Shown here: positions 1-12,570 of the stretch, one piece after another
Numbering within the stretch: the stretch's first letter is position 1
How the letters are laid out: each line of letters starts with the position of its first letter
NCBI GenBank assembly: GCA_013239625.1
Contig: MU053881.1
Location: forward strand, 11,793,957-11,857,956
Length of the DNA stretch: 64,000 nucleotides
From: Lama guanicoe
Lineage: Eukaryota
Direction: 5' to 3'
Position numbers and translations under genes: made by a program
Notes under the pieces: model-generated
What the model was told of the DNA's origin: nothing
The model's database searches: none
The model's input: the letters and a program-made list of their open reading frames with translations, nothing else

Positions 1-541
1 TATCTGAAGGGTAATGGTGAGAGCCTGGATAGAGTGCACTACCTAAAGCAAACCAGGAAACCAGAAACTGAGTAGGGATTTGCTCAGAGAAACACACATT
101 ACCTAGGAAACACTGGTTAAGTTTGCATCTTGGGCTTATGGAAAACCCACAAAACCATTCATGAAAGACTCATCTATCAACACTTGTGAGATCTGAAGAA
201 TGTGCAATCCATCTTTAGATATACTAGACAAGTAAGAATTTTCCTACCCTCTGACACATCATTCTTCTCACTTCTTTTGACTTTTAAGGTGTCAAAAAAC
301 TACAGTAAGCAAGATGAGGTGGAAGAGAGAAGGACCATGTCTCTTTCCTCAGCTTCCCACCTAGAATGTCCTGTTGGGGTGTGAGGGAAGAGTATTTCAA
401 CTACTTTGAATCAAATAGAGAAGTTTTACTATTATATGAATTTATATTTAATTTCTGAATTGAGACTGCATTTGCAGCTTAAAATGGCTGCTAAGAAAAG
501 TCAAGGAGCTGCCCAAGTTTTCATCTAGGGCAGTGGAAGTA

Positions 542-866
542 CAGTTGACCCTCTGTATCTGCAGGTTCTGAATCCAAGGATTCAACCAATCACGGATGGA
601 AAATATTTGAAAAAATTTTCCAGAAAGTTCCAAAAAGCAAAACTTAACTTTGCTGCATTTGGGCAACTATTTATATAGGATTTACATTGTACTAGGTGTA
701 CCAGTAATCTAGAGATGATTTAAGGTATACGAGAGGACGTGTATAGGTTATACACAAATACCACACCATTTTTATAAGGAACTTGAGCATCCCTAGATTT
801 TGGTACCCTCCAAAAGGGAAGTTTCTGTTCTGGAATCAATCCCCTGTGGATACCAAGAGACAAATA
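542..866. mobile_element. MER2/MER2B-like TcMar-Tigger MITE
   Basis: Begins TA|CAGTTGACCCTCTGTATC and ends GGATACCAAGAGACAAATA|TA (degenerate terminal inverted repeats, TA flanks). Internal GTAATCTAGAGATGATTTAA and ACTTGAGCATCC blocks resemble the MER2 family. Confidence 0.85.
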
Positions 867-1649
867 TATGTCTGCCCCTTTCTGAGTAAGTTTAAGAGAT
901 AGAGGGATAAAAGAGAGATAAAAATAAAGATGATTTCTGATTGCATCACATAGGTCCTGCTTCTTCAATGTACTAGGACCTTCTTTGATTAAAGCCTTAC
1001 TCCTCTATTTTATATTCATGGATGGGTGGAAAACATTGACAACAACTTCACTAAAATCCAGATGTTCTCTCTGTATTCTCTTAATCACTCTAAATCAGGT
1101 AGACAATTTCGGAAAAAATAAAGTTAGTTTGTATTAACTAGTTTCAGTAGAACCATGTTGCTGCCAAACACATCACTTTTTTCCCAGAATATTAATAAAT
1201 GTTCTGATTAATATTTTATTCTAAAGCTAACCAAGTTACTGATGACAAGTTTATCAGCTGTAATTACTGTGAGTCACCTTACTTTCAATATCAGGATAAC
1301 CTGAATGTGTTTCGTAAGTGATTTTATCAGTATGTAAAGGCCTCTGAATGGCTTTCTTGATGACCCATGAAGATAAAGACCAATGTTAAACTGATAAAAT
1401 TTTCTGAAACCACAGAGATCAGTTTGCACTACTTCCTGTTTATTTTGCTGTTGTGTCATTTCATTGTTAAGAGTGATTAGGTTGGACAGTAAGTTTCCAA
1501 ATATGTGCTCTTCTGAAAATATTTTTAAATATTAAAGATGTGCTTAATGACACTAATCGCCAAGTCACCTATGTTTAATGTTTTCCATTAAGCCAGAGGT
1601 CAAGTGATATGGTTTGATTCTTTTTGTGTAAGGTAATTGAGACCTTGGG

Positions 1650-3560
1650 AAAACACTAGGGAAGTATTTTCTCCTCTTCAATCCTCTAGAAAAGTTTATG
1701 TAGAAAGAGTATTACTTCTTTCTTAAATTACTTCTTTCTAAAGTTTGGTAGAATTCACCTGTGAAACCAGCAGGCCTAGAGTTTTCCTTGTAGGAAGATT
1801 TTTATACACAAATCCAATTCCTTTAATAAACATAAATCTATTTAGATTTATTCTTTTTTCTTAATGGGGCATAATTGACACATAAAATTATATTAGTTTC
1901 AGGTATACAACATAATGACTTGATATTTGTATATATTGCTAAGTGACCACCACAATAACTCTAGTTAATATTCACCACCATACATAGAAAATTTTATTCC
2001 TGTAAGAGAAATTTTAACATCTACTCTCCTAGCAACGTTCAGATATGAACTTCATTTTCATCAACTATAGCTGCCATGCTGTATATTACATCCCCATAAC
2101 ATTTATTTTCAGGCTTCTTCTTGAGTGGGCTTTTATAGTTGTATCTTTAGAGAAATATGTCCGTTTCATCCAAGTTGTCAATTTATAGGCATCAAATTAT
2201 TCATAACATTTGCTTATTATCCATTTAATATTTGCAGAATCTGTCGTGTTGTCACGTTTCTCATTCATGAGACTGGTCATTTATATCTTCTCTCTTTAAT
2301 CCTGACCACTCCGACTAGAAACCTCTCATTTTTGAGAAACTTCCTTATTTTCTTTGATCTCAAAGAAAATCTTCTTGGTTCATTGATTTTTCTATATTGT
2401 TTTTCTATCATTAACTTATTATTATTTCCTTTTTGGGTTTCATTTGTCCTTTTTCTAGTTTCTTAATATAGAAATAAAAGTCATTTATTTGAAATTTTTC
2501 TTCTTTTCTAATATATGCAGTTTTTCCTATAAATTGATTTCTGATAACTGCTTTGGTGACATTTCACAAAGTTTAAAACATTGTATTTTTTTCACCCAAT
2601 TCAAATTATGTTCTAATTCCCCTTTTGAATTCTTTGATACATGGGTTATATATGTTACTTAGTTTCAAAATGTTTAGGGATTTTTCTAGAGATCTTTTTG
2701 GTTTTATTATTATTAATTTCTCTGATTTATTCCATGTGGTTAGAGAACATACATTATATGACTTGAATCCTTTTAAATTTATTGAGACTCTTTTTATGGC
2801 TGGTAAACTTTGCTCACAAAGAAAATCACAAGAAATTGTGTATTTTGCTTTGTTGGGTACTGGATATTTTTATATTCCTAAACATACTTTTGAGCTAAGT
2901 TCTACAATGCAATTAAATTACTTAGAAGCAGTTTGATCCTTTTCATTCTTCCTTGTAAGATATGTTAGGCTATACCAGAGTAATGTTTGGTTTAATTATT
3001 TCCTACTAGTGTTCTAGATCCTTCTGTGTACTCTACCCAGTACTCCCTGAATTACACTGTTCTCCAGTCTGGCTGGTAGGAACAGCCACTGTTCTCAGCC
3101 CTAGATGAGCACAAGGCTTTGTTCTTACTAATCCTTCCTAATGGCTCTTTCTCCAGCCTTGGGTAGTTTTCTCCCTTATTTACTCACCTGAATACTTGGG
3201 GGAAATTCTCTACCGATCTCCAGGGTTCACTTCCTGTGCAACTCTTCATTTGGTCCTCTGTCCTATAAACTTTAGCTGTTTTGGTCTCTCTGGATTCTCA
3301 CCTTCATCTTCTCATTGCAGGGAGTCTATGAGGCTTTGTTTGGTTTGCCCTCCCTGCACCGTGACCTGGCAACTCTCGAGGCTGTAAGCTGGGATAAACA
3401 GGGTTGATCTAATTGTTTCCCAGCTCTCATGGGTCACAACCCTTGGGTGTCTGATGTCCAGTCTCAGAAGCTGCTATTTTAATATTTTTGCACTTTTGTA
3501 TTGATTCAGGTAGTAGAGTAAATTTGGTCTCTGTTATTCATCTTGACAGAAGTATAAGTG
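1650..3560 (-). mobile_element. Ancient L1 (L1M/L1ME-type) fragments: ORF2-derived plus 5'-region, interrupted by a younger L1 3' end
   Basis: Antisense L1 ORF2 signature GTTTGGTAGAATTCACCTGTGAAACC near 1743; T-rich L1-like sequence resumes after ~2110. Boundaries approximate. Confidence 0.7.
1850..2110 (-). mobile_element. L1MA9-like 3' end nested in an older L1
   Basis: ATAATTGACACATAAAATTATATTAGTTTCAGGTATACAACATAATGA, homologous to the copy at 22115-22495. Confidence 0.75.
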
Positions 3561-4454
3561 CCTTATTACATTTTAAATCCACAAAATTTGTAGTTCAATA
3601 TTTTTTAACTTAATACTACCTTATATTTAAAATAAAAATTCCTCAAGTAACTACATATTATAAATATGATTTTGAAGATATTCTGATAAGTCAGAGATTT
3701 GTATTCTATGTTCCAAATATTGATTCCTTTTCCCCCATATTCCTTGATTTATTGAAGACATTTTTGAAAACTGGCAACATATATTTTATGCTAACAGTTA
3801 GCAGTTTGACAGAGTATAACCTAGACAGAAAACCTTTTATCTTTAGGTTACAAATATTTTAAAAGTTACCAAAAGATGCTGCTGACAGTTGCCATGTACA
3901 GAACTCGTATAAAGAACTTGACAATCTAGATGAAATATTTTTATTTGAGATTGAAATTACTACTACTTTTTCTATGTACTGGGCAAAGATTGTGAACTTC
4001 TTTCACCTTGTGTAATATCATGAATCCCTTCAGCATAGCTATAATAATCAGTGAAACTTGTCAAATTTCAGAAGCAATACCCTAAAATTATGAATACTGT
4101 ACCACTTACTTCAATTTTAGAAACATCTTTTCTGTTTTCTTTGCCACAGTTAACAAACATGAGAACAAATTTAGCTAAAGTAAACTACCCTGTTCCTGAT
4201 ATTTGTATAAGTTCATTAATCCATTTTAAAAATTAAAACTGTTTACGTTTATATATGTATATGTAAAATATATATATACATAATGTATATATGTCTTAAA
4301 CATTATGTTAATTATACGTTCTTCATATGTAACTTCAGCTTCAACTGCTTAAGACCTTTACCAGGTTTTACACTCTTATTTTTATAACTATATAATTTTT
4401 CTCTTCGTTGTACTTCTTAGAGTATTTTTTACCAGCCTCCAAATCATTAAGAAA

Positions 4455-4585
4455 AAAGAAGAAATAAAGAAAATAGGGGAAAAAAGAAGGAAGGAAGAAA
4501 AGGGAGGGAAGGAGAGAGGAAGAGAGGAAGGAAGGAAGCAGCAAAGGAGGAAGAGAAGGAAGGAAGAGAGAGACAGAAAGGACTG
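4455..4585 (+). repeat. GA-rich polypurine low-complexity tract
   Basis: Runs of GAAG/GGAA/GAGA with very few pyrimidines. Confidence 0.9.
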
Positions 4586-5159
4586 AGGAATGCAAGACCT
4601 CTGTACACTTATGGAGCAAAGAAGAAAAGAGGGATCAAGACTATTATCTTCTATAAGGTATGTCCAGCTGTTCTTCTGTCTTCTGTACTTCGCCTATTTA
4701 ATTTCTGAGGGAAATTAAGTGACTTTTTATGGGTATAATACCTACTTAGCTACTGACAGACAGTAGAATCTTTATGGCAGAGTTTTGCATCTTCATGGTG
4801 GATGAAATTTTTTAAAAAATTGTATCAAATGAGATCTGCCATTACCTCAAAGAAAAGCAATTTTGCTTTCTCACTGTTTAGTGCTAATACTGTGAATTTA
4901 TTCACTGAAGCTAAGAATTTTCTTAGACTGGCATTCTTTAATTCACTTTATAGATTAGTTTTAAAAAGTCACTGGTCTATGAAAAATGAAATTTAATTCA
5001 CAAAATGTGCATTGTCCCAATTTATATTCTCCCTCAGCTGTCTGTATTTCTTTTGGCATATTGTCCCTTCTACTTTGCACATAGCATATAGTATTTACTT
5101 TCATGAAAGTCTCTTTCATTTATTCCAAATTTATCTCTTTAGCTTTTGTTTTCCTTCTA

Positions 5160-5250
5160 TAAGATGGAGATAATAGTACCTACCACATGATGTTATTGTG
5201 AGCATTTGTAGTGTCTGGTGTATAGTAATGCTCGATAAATGCTAGGTACT
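5160..5250 (+). mobile_element. MIR SINE fragment
   Basis: AAGATGGAGATAATAGTACCTACCACAT...GCTCGATAAATG resembles the MIR core and 3' end. Confidence 0.7.
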
Positions 5251-5484
5251 TCTTCCCCCCATACTTACTATCTTTTTCACTCCCTAATACAACTCATCTA
5301 TTAATATTAGTGAAATATATATAGTTCCCTCAACACAGTTCCTGCCTCCATGCAATTTAGCATAATTGCTTATGCTGGGCCCAACCCAGAAAAGCCTCTG
5401 CTAGTCATAAACCTAATTCTTAACCACATTCTACAAGGTCTTGTTCCAATACTGTTAAGTCTTCTAATTTTTGCTTATTGCGCT

Positions 5485-6001
5485 TGTCGTAGGGAAAAAC
5501 AAATCTGACTCCATATTAGATCTATTTCTTTAGCTCTGACCCTGTGCTCTGCTTCCTGAGCTTAGTTATGCTGGTTCTGCACCTTTTGTAAAAGAATGTT
5601 GCCTGTAGCCTGAAATACACAGGAGAGCCCATTCTCAAGGCTCTGACCTTTAAGGGTATAACGTTTTCATTCATATAGAGACAAAAAGTTGCAGAGCAGA
5701 GAATCACATTTGTCTCCCTGGAGGTTTACAGGAACATCACGGCCTGACCTAAGTGGACAGCTGTAAGAACAAAGGTTTCCAACACCAGGAAGTTTGCAAC
5801 AATCACCTACATCCCCTCCCCTTTTCAGTATAAAAGGAGCCTAAATTCTGACTTGGGTAAGATTGTTCTTTAGACACTAGTCCACCATCTTCTCCATCTG
5901 CTGGCATTTCAAATAAAGTAAATATTCCTTGCCCCAACACTTCGCCTCTCCATTTATTGGCCTGTCATGCGGTGATCAGTACAAGCTTGGACTCAATACC
6001 A
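5485..6001 (+). mobile_element. ERV1 solo LTR, MER41-like (cetartiodactyl type)
   Basis: TG...CA termini, AAATCTGACTCCAT start motif, TATAAAA at 5829-5835, AATAAA at 5912-5917, ~515 bp. TSD ambiguous. Confidence 0.75.
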
Positions 6002-6492
6002 CTGTCTCCTCTAATCTACTTTAATAATAACTTTTTTGCATTTGTTTTGGCACTTAACAATCTATTATTTTCTATGTGGCTTTAATACGTACCAAGCTAC
6101 CTGTGTTTAGTGTTTTATCTTTCCTATAGGACTGTCTGCTTCTTAAAGACATTCATTCCTTTTTATTCTATAACCCCACTACTCCCTTGCCTCAAACTTT
6201 TTTGATATTTAATAGATACTGAGTGAATACTTAAAGGAAAATGTATTTAGAGTCTCTTTACATACATTTTCTAAAGCATAAGGTAAAGATAAATAAGAAA
6301 GGAGGACTGGGTTTACATAGAGTTCAGTGTCTCTTCTCCACCAGCACATCTTGGTTTTTCTCTAGTGTTAGTCACTTTCTTTTGAATTTATTTTCAAGTT
6401 TGCTTTCTAATGGCAGAGACTTCTAATCAGATGTTTCTACCCTAGTTAAGGCTCTTTGTGTTGTACTATAAATTCTCTTTTTAAAGATATGA

Positions 6493-6835
6493 TTTTTTTT
6501 TTTTAGACTCCACATAGGAATGATATCATATGGCATTTTCCTTCTTTGTGGCTTACTTCACTTAGAATGACAATCTCCAGGTCCATGGGATAAATTTGAG
6601 AGTTTGAGATTTGCAAAGGTTAACTACCATATAAAAAAAAAGATAAAAAACAAATTTCTTCTGTATACCACAGGGAACTATATTTGATATCTTGTAATAA
6701 TCTTTAATGAAAAAGAAAATGAAAATGAATATATGTATATATATATATGCATGATTGGGACATTATGCTGTGTACCAGAAACTGACACACTGTAACTGAT
6801 CATACTTCAATTAAAAAAAAAAAGTATTAAAAAAA
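6493..6835 (+). mobile_element. 5'-inverted (twin-primed) truncated L1
   Basis: 6493-6587 is antisense and 6587-6823 is sense L1 3' sequence with an A tail. Both match neighbouring parts of the L1 copy at ~40280-40660. Confidence 0.85.
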
Positions 6836-8479
6836 GTGTTTTTCCCTCAGTTTTATTTTCCATCCCCTGAATAAAATCCATAATCTGAAAACAGTGACAG
6901 TTTGTGCCTTATTTTTTAAAATGTTTTAAACAAATATTATTTAGTTGCAATTTACTTTTGGTGACACTAACGCAGAAATAGCCGCAATAAGAGCATGATG
7001 TAAAAGACAAGGACAAAATGTAAACAATGAAATTTTGTCCAAAATACAAACAAGTAAGGAGGAACATTATTCCAAAGACGGTATGTCTGTATGAATGTGT
7101 GTATGTCTGTGGGTGTGATATGCTCATCCAGCAGTTCACATTATTTCTGTATAATGTTAATAACGTAACACCTATGCTTGCTTTATATTCTTTGGAGATT
7201 ACTCTTTTGTGAAGACGGTCAAAGATATTTATAAAATCAAAGTTTGTCTCTTTCCCATTACCAAGTTTCTCCCAAGGAAAGCCACAGATGTTCAATTTCG
7301 CTTCTAAATTCTATTGCCTGTAACTAAAATATTTACATTTGCATAGGTGTTGAACCTAAAACAGTAAGGATAATATGGAAATTCTAAGATTTTTGTTGTA
7401 TGGTAACACTTATCACAAGCAGAGTGATACTAAACTATTTCTCTAGCATGGTAATTTTTCAATCAACTCAAGCAGAAATACCACCTAAATTTCACTATGT
7501 ATCAATTTTCATTTTTAAGTTGAGAGGCAGTATTAGACAATTGTTTAAAATGGCTTATTAAAGAGGAAAAAGTAGCAAACAGAAATACCTTTGAGTATCT
7601 TTATAAAATAGATGAAATACATCACAAATGAATATACACATCATATTTTTTCCTACTTATTAGTGTGGTGGGTTTCCATTCCAAACCAGTAAAAATATAT
7701 CAAGTTTGAATTCTTAATAAAGAAGGCATATTTTTGTTTGTTTGTTTTATTTGTTTTGTTTTTATGTGAAAGCAATTGGATCTTGGGATATGATCCTGAT
7801 TCTAAAGCTTATTCAAGATTGTCCATAACATGTACCAACCACCACTTCCCCCAATTATACTTAGTAATGAAGTGATCGTTAAAATGCCCAACCGTGTGGT
7901 TTTCAATAATGATAAAACATAATATATCTGTTTTTTCTTCTCATTCACTAAACATTTTAACAGTTCTTTTGATCTTTAGTTTTCTTTTAATACTTTATGA
8001 TACAATTTAAGATTCATTAGTCTTGCTAGATTTTAACTGACCACAATAAATATTCAGTACCCTCAAAACCTAATAGGAATCCTGCATTTTACAAATAGCT
8101 GTAGTGCTTCATACACATATACTTTATCTTACCACAATAGGTTGTTTTAAAAAATCTCTTCCATGAGAACCGAACGCTACCAATGTCTTTTCTTAAATTA
8201 TACTTGTTAATCTCATAGTTAATCACTGTTAGTTAGTTCTTTTACTTGGGCTTCCTATGGTGTTTAAAATATAATAGTAAGTTAAAAATAATTTAGCATA
8301 ATCATGGCCCATTTGACCCAAGCAGTTCTTTTTCCATTATTTGGGTTAATTTCTATGCTTTATCACTATATTTCTCTATAATTTTAATATCATATAAAGT
8401 TCTCAAGTATGGTATTTTATGTGTATGTGTATAATATAAGGTAAGTTTTTAACCTTCTTTATTATAACAATATTTTCTT

Positions 8480-8511
8480 CACTTGATCTTAGCCAAAGGC
8501 CAAGAAGTGAT
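8480..8511 (-). pseudogene. 3'-truncated, tailless U2 snRNA retropseudogene (U2 nt 1-33)
   Basis: Minus strand ATCACTTCTTGGCCTTTGGCTAAGATCAAGTG versus U2 ATCGCTTCTCGGCCTTTTGGCTAAGATCAAGTG (2 CpG transitions, 1-nt deletion). 18-bp TSD at 8464-8481 / 8512-8529 (16/18). Confidence 0.92.
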
Positions 8512-10844
8512 ATAAAAATGTTTTCTTCATTTTTAAAATTAAAATTTTAAATTATCATGCTTTCAAAATCTTGTACAGAGTCATTAACTAGCCTTCTTAG
8601 ATATACAAATGCAGAGGAATCAGCAATTGCTCAATGGATTACAAAGTGTTGCCTCATGCCCTTGGTATACAGAGTTGGTTTTTGGAGACAGGGCAGAATT
8701 TTCTTTTTTTAATGTAATAGAGAAAAATAAAAAAAGAAGACTTTTTAGAAAGGTAGGGGAGTTCATGCTGGAAAATGCTGAAAGAAGAATGACAGGGTTC
8801 CTGGTCATGGTCAGGTCTCAAACACTGTACATCCAGAAACCGTGAAAAGTTGTCAGTGCTTTGGGAGACAACGGCTGAGTCTGTGAGGCTAAAACAAGAG
8901 ATCTGTGATCTGCTTCTCAGGCCTGGGACATGACTTTGGTGATGGAAGAAAACACATCATAAAGGGCATCATCATATATACGAAGAATGTGCATTAGGTG
9001 ACAGGCTAGTCTTCACTACTGACTGCAACAAACATGGCATCCCCTTTCCAGCAGATAGAGCAACATCTTGGTAGAGTGGTGCAGCAAGATAATAATGTGG
9101 CATGTAGTAAGCAGAGCTGAGTTTAAAAGGTGGCCCTCTATCTGACTTGAACAAGTTATCTAGTATACCTTCTCCCAAACCCAAATGCATGGTTTATCAC
9201 AATGCACCATTTAAATTGTGCATTATGTCCTGTAACTTCCTTCTATTGAATGTTGTTTACATGGTCCTACCTCACTGAACTTGCCTTTCTCATTTACACT
9301 GTGCTCCATTATATTTGTTCTCTTTCAGTATTTCATATGCATGAAGATTTCTGCTTTAAGGTGTTTGCAGATACTCTGCCCTCTGTCAGGAATTGGTACT
9401 TTCCCTACCTACAGTAGGGACTCAGTAAATATTTGTAAAATTACTTGATGAAAATTCTATAATTGGTATGCTCCATTTTTTTTTTATTGCTAGATTATCA
9501 GGGAATTGTTAATGAGCTGGTCTTTAAAATCTCTTTTCAGCATTTTAATCTATTCTATACTAATAATGTTTATCTTGTAATGATAAAATTAGATCATTAT
9601 TTCTACAAAAATGGTTAAACTTATTAGTCAATAATATATTTTCTAATAAGGTGATCTATATTGAAATAGTTTTATTATTTATTATTATAATTCAGATAGT
9701 CCTTCTCTGCCTCACAGAGCAAAATTAGTGACATTTATCTGTGGGTTTTTGTGCTGCTGTAGCTTCCTCCAAAAAAATTGTAGCCCAGAAGGGCCTTGTG
9801 CTATGATTGATTGTTTTAGCAACTTTCTGTTCAGATAATATGGTAAGGATATTTCTTGGGCCCTAACTCTTGTCATTTTTTTTTTATCATTCTCTTGTTT
9901 CAATATTTATGATGTTTTGAAACTTTCTGCATTTTGGCCAAAATCCTAATTTACTTTAATCAATGATAAAATTTACTTAGCTCTCATCCTCATCATTATT
10001 TGGTTGTTTGGTAGTGAACCTTAAAAAGTGAAATCACAAGTTTTTTTTGGTTTTCCTAAGATGTTTACTTTGATTTTCGGGGAAATACATAATTCTTTTA
10101 ACATACTAATTTTTTAAAAATAAACTTTCTATTTTTCGTTAAAGTGTTATATATATTTATCATTTAAAATATTCAAAACACAGAAAGGCAGAAGGTATAG
10201 ACAAAAATCACCCATCATTCTACAAATACTTAATACTTAATTGCCATATAACTTTCAGTCTTTTTGCTGTGTATATTTTATACATAATTAGGATAATATA
10301 ATTGATGCAAAATTGTATTTCTACTTCTTAAAGTGATTTTTTTATGCTTGTACAAATAATACATGCCTTAGCCTGCATCAATGATATTTAATCTCCATAA
10401 AAGATAATTTTAATTTTGAAGGGTTAATTTTGGCAGTTAAATAATCTCATTCATAATATTTCATTTACTAATTTGGAAGCTTGAAGATTTTACCACAAAG
10501 GAGCAGACATTTATCTCTATGTCATAGTTAAATAATGGGTATTCTAAGCAAATTAATAATATGAAGACGAAAGATCACGTCTGACTTAAAAGAAAAATAC
10601 AATCTCAGAGAAGATAGAAAATTAATGCTGCAAATTTCAAATAAACTTTATCTTGCGAAGTATTCTATTATTTGCATTTTACTAAATACAATCAGTAAAA
10701 TTTACAGGGCAATTTTTGTGTGAAAGCACATAAAATTCCTGCCTTCAGGGAGCATGCATTAGACTAGAAAAGCTTAAGGAAGCATCTATTAACACAAGGG
10801 AGCATCTCATACAGAATGAGAATGAAATAGAGAGAGGGAATGTT

Positions 10845-11050
10845 TTAGTGGAAGACATTTGAAAATCAAACAGATTCGGATTTTACTCACAGTTCTGCCA
10901 CTTTTAGACATGGTTCTTAATCTCTCAGTGCTCCAGTTTTCACCTGGGAAAGAAAATAAAATGTATATTTAAAGGGCATTGTTGATGTAAACGACATATA
11001 TCTAGCACTATGCCTGACATATTAGAAATCTTCAGTAAATAATAACTATA
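10845..11050 (+). mobile_element. MIR SINE
   Basis: AGTTCTGCCACTT...TTAATCTCTCAGTGCTCCAGTTTT...AGCACTATGCCTGACATA. Confidence 0.7.
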
Positions 11051-11319
11051 ACTCATTTTAGTTATAGACCAAACGGCATGAGAAAAATTAGAGAGAATAT
11101 TTAGGAGGCTGTTATTATGGTAATTCTAGCAAACATTAATGAGAGGCTGAATTAGCATAGTGATAGGCAATGCAGAAAGGAAAAGTAGATATTGAAAAGA
11201 ATCACAAACATATACAGGAACTAGTTAAAAGAAAATGAAGGTGCAAGAGGAATCCAAAGCGATCTGAGATTTCTGACCTTTGTGAATGGGAGAACACAAA
11301 GCTTGAGAAACACTAAAGC

Positions 11320-11420
11320 AATCTGAATCAGAATTTATGGAGTTAGAAGCCCAGCATCTGGATCTTTTTAAAGCACTCCAGATTATTCTAGTATATCACA
11401 AGAATTGAGAGCTATGTTTG
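11320..11420. mobile_element. MER5A-like hAT-Charlie MITE fragment
   Basis: CTGAATCAGAAT...GCCCAGCATCTGGATCTTTTTAAAGCACTCCAGATTATTCT. Confidence 0.6.
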
Positions 11421-11787
11421 AGACTTTTTTTTGCATATACTAGTTTATACATGAATGCATTTAAATTAATTTAAATGTGATTTTATTGTAACAGTTTTAA
11501 CTTTATAAAAATTCATTACATATAAAACAGAAAAAATAAATGCTATAAAATTGGTTGTCAGGCTTCAACTTTCTTAAATGTTATGTTCTGGGGTGGATGT
11601 CTTGTTTAGGAAGGAGTCCCATTGAGCATTTTTGTTAAAGGCAAGGCTCCCTGGACCTGACACCAAAGGGAGAACTTTAAACATTAGACACATTGCTTTG
11701 CATAAAGATAATTTGGAATCATTTAAAGACAACTCTTGTGAAAAGGAGAGGAGTCTGTAGATTAGAAGTGGGGGATGCCCAGGGAGG

Positions 11788-12570
11788 AACACATTTTCAA
11801 ATACTGAAAGAAAAGAGCTGTCAATAGCAAATTCTATATCCTCTAAAAAGTACCCTTCAGGTATAAAGGAGAAATTAAGACATTTAGATAAGGGAAAACA
11901 AAGATAGTTTGTTGCCAGCAAACTTACCCTCAAAATGGTTAAAGTTCCCTAAACAGGAGGAAATAATAACAAAACAAGTCTTAGTCTTAGTGCATCAGAA
12001 AGGAAAGAAGATTGGCATGGGTGAAAAAGGTTATATATAAGAAATTAATCAACTTATGAGTTGGATAAATCAAATTTGTGGTTGAAGCAAAAATTATAAC
12101 ATCTGATGTGGTATTCAAAATACGCAGTGGAAATGCTTAAGAAAATTATAATTTAAAAGTTGGGCAGACGAAAGAACTTAAATGAAGTAGTATTTCTATA
12201 CTTGACTCAAAGTTGTAAAATGTCAATACTGGTAGGTTGTGATAAGTTATAATGTAATACCTAGAGAATGCTCTAAGAAAATTATATAAAATGCTATAGA
12301 TAAATCACAATGAATCCTAAAAAATAAACAAATAATCTACAGTACAGTAAGATAAGAGAAACAGAGAAAACAAGCAGAAAACAAATAATAAAATGGCAGC
12401 CGTGAGCCATATCAATAATTATGTTAAATGTAAATGATCTAAATATGCCAATTAAAAGACACATTGATAGTGTGTATAGAAAAACATGATCTATCAAAAT
12501 GCTGTCTACAAGAAATTCACTTTAAATTCAATGGTAAAGGTAAGTTGAAAGTAAAAGGATGAAAAAAAGA
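11788..12570 (+). mobile_element. Old L1: ORF1 C-terminus, inter-ORF region and ORF2 endonuclease start (degenerate)
   Basis: ~12410-12520 translates to ISIIMLNVNDLNMPIKR...CCLQEIH, the APE endonuclease N-terminal motif; frameshifted. Confidence 0.85.

Noticed and set aside
8750..8960. Possible exon or pseudogene fragment
   Set aside because: Translations give nothing recognisable and there is no convincing pair of splice sites.
11458..11477. Perfect 20-bp palindrome CATTTAAATTAATTTAAATG
   Set aside because: Almost pure A/T, so likely by chance or slippage in an AT-rich window.
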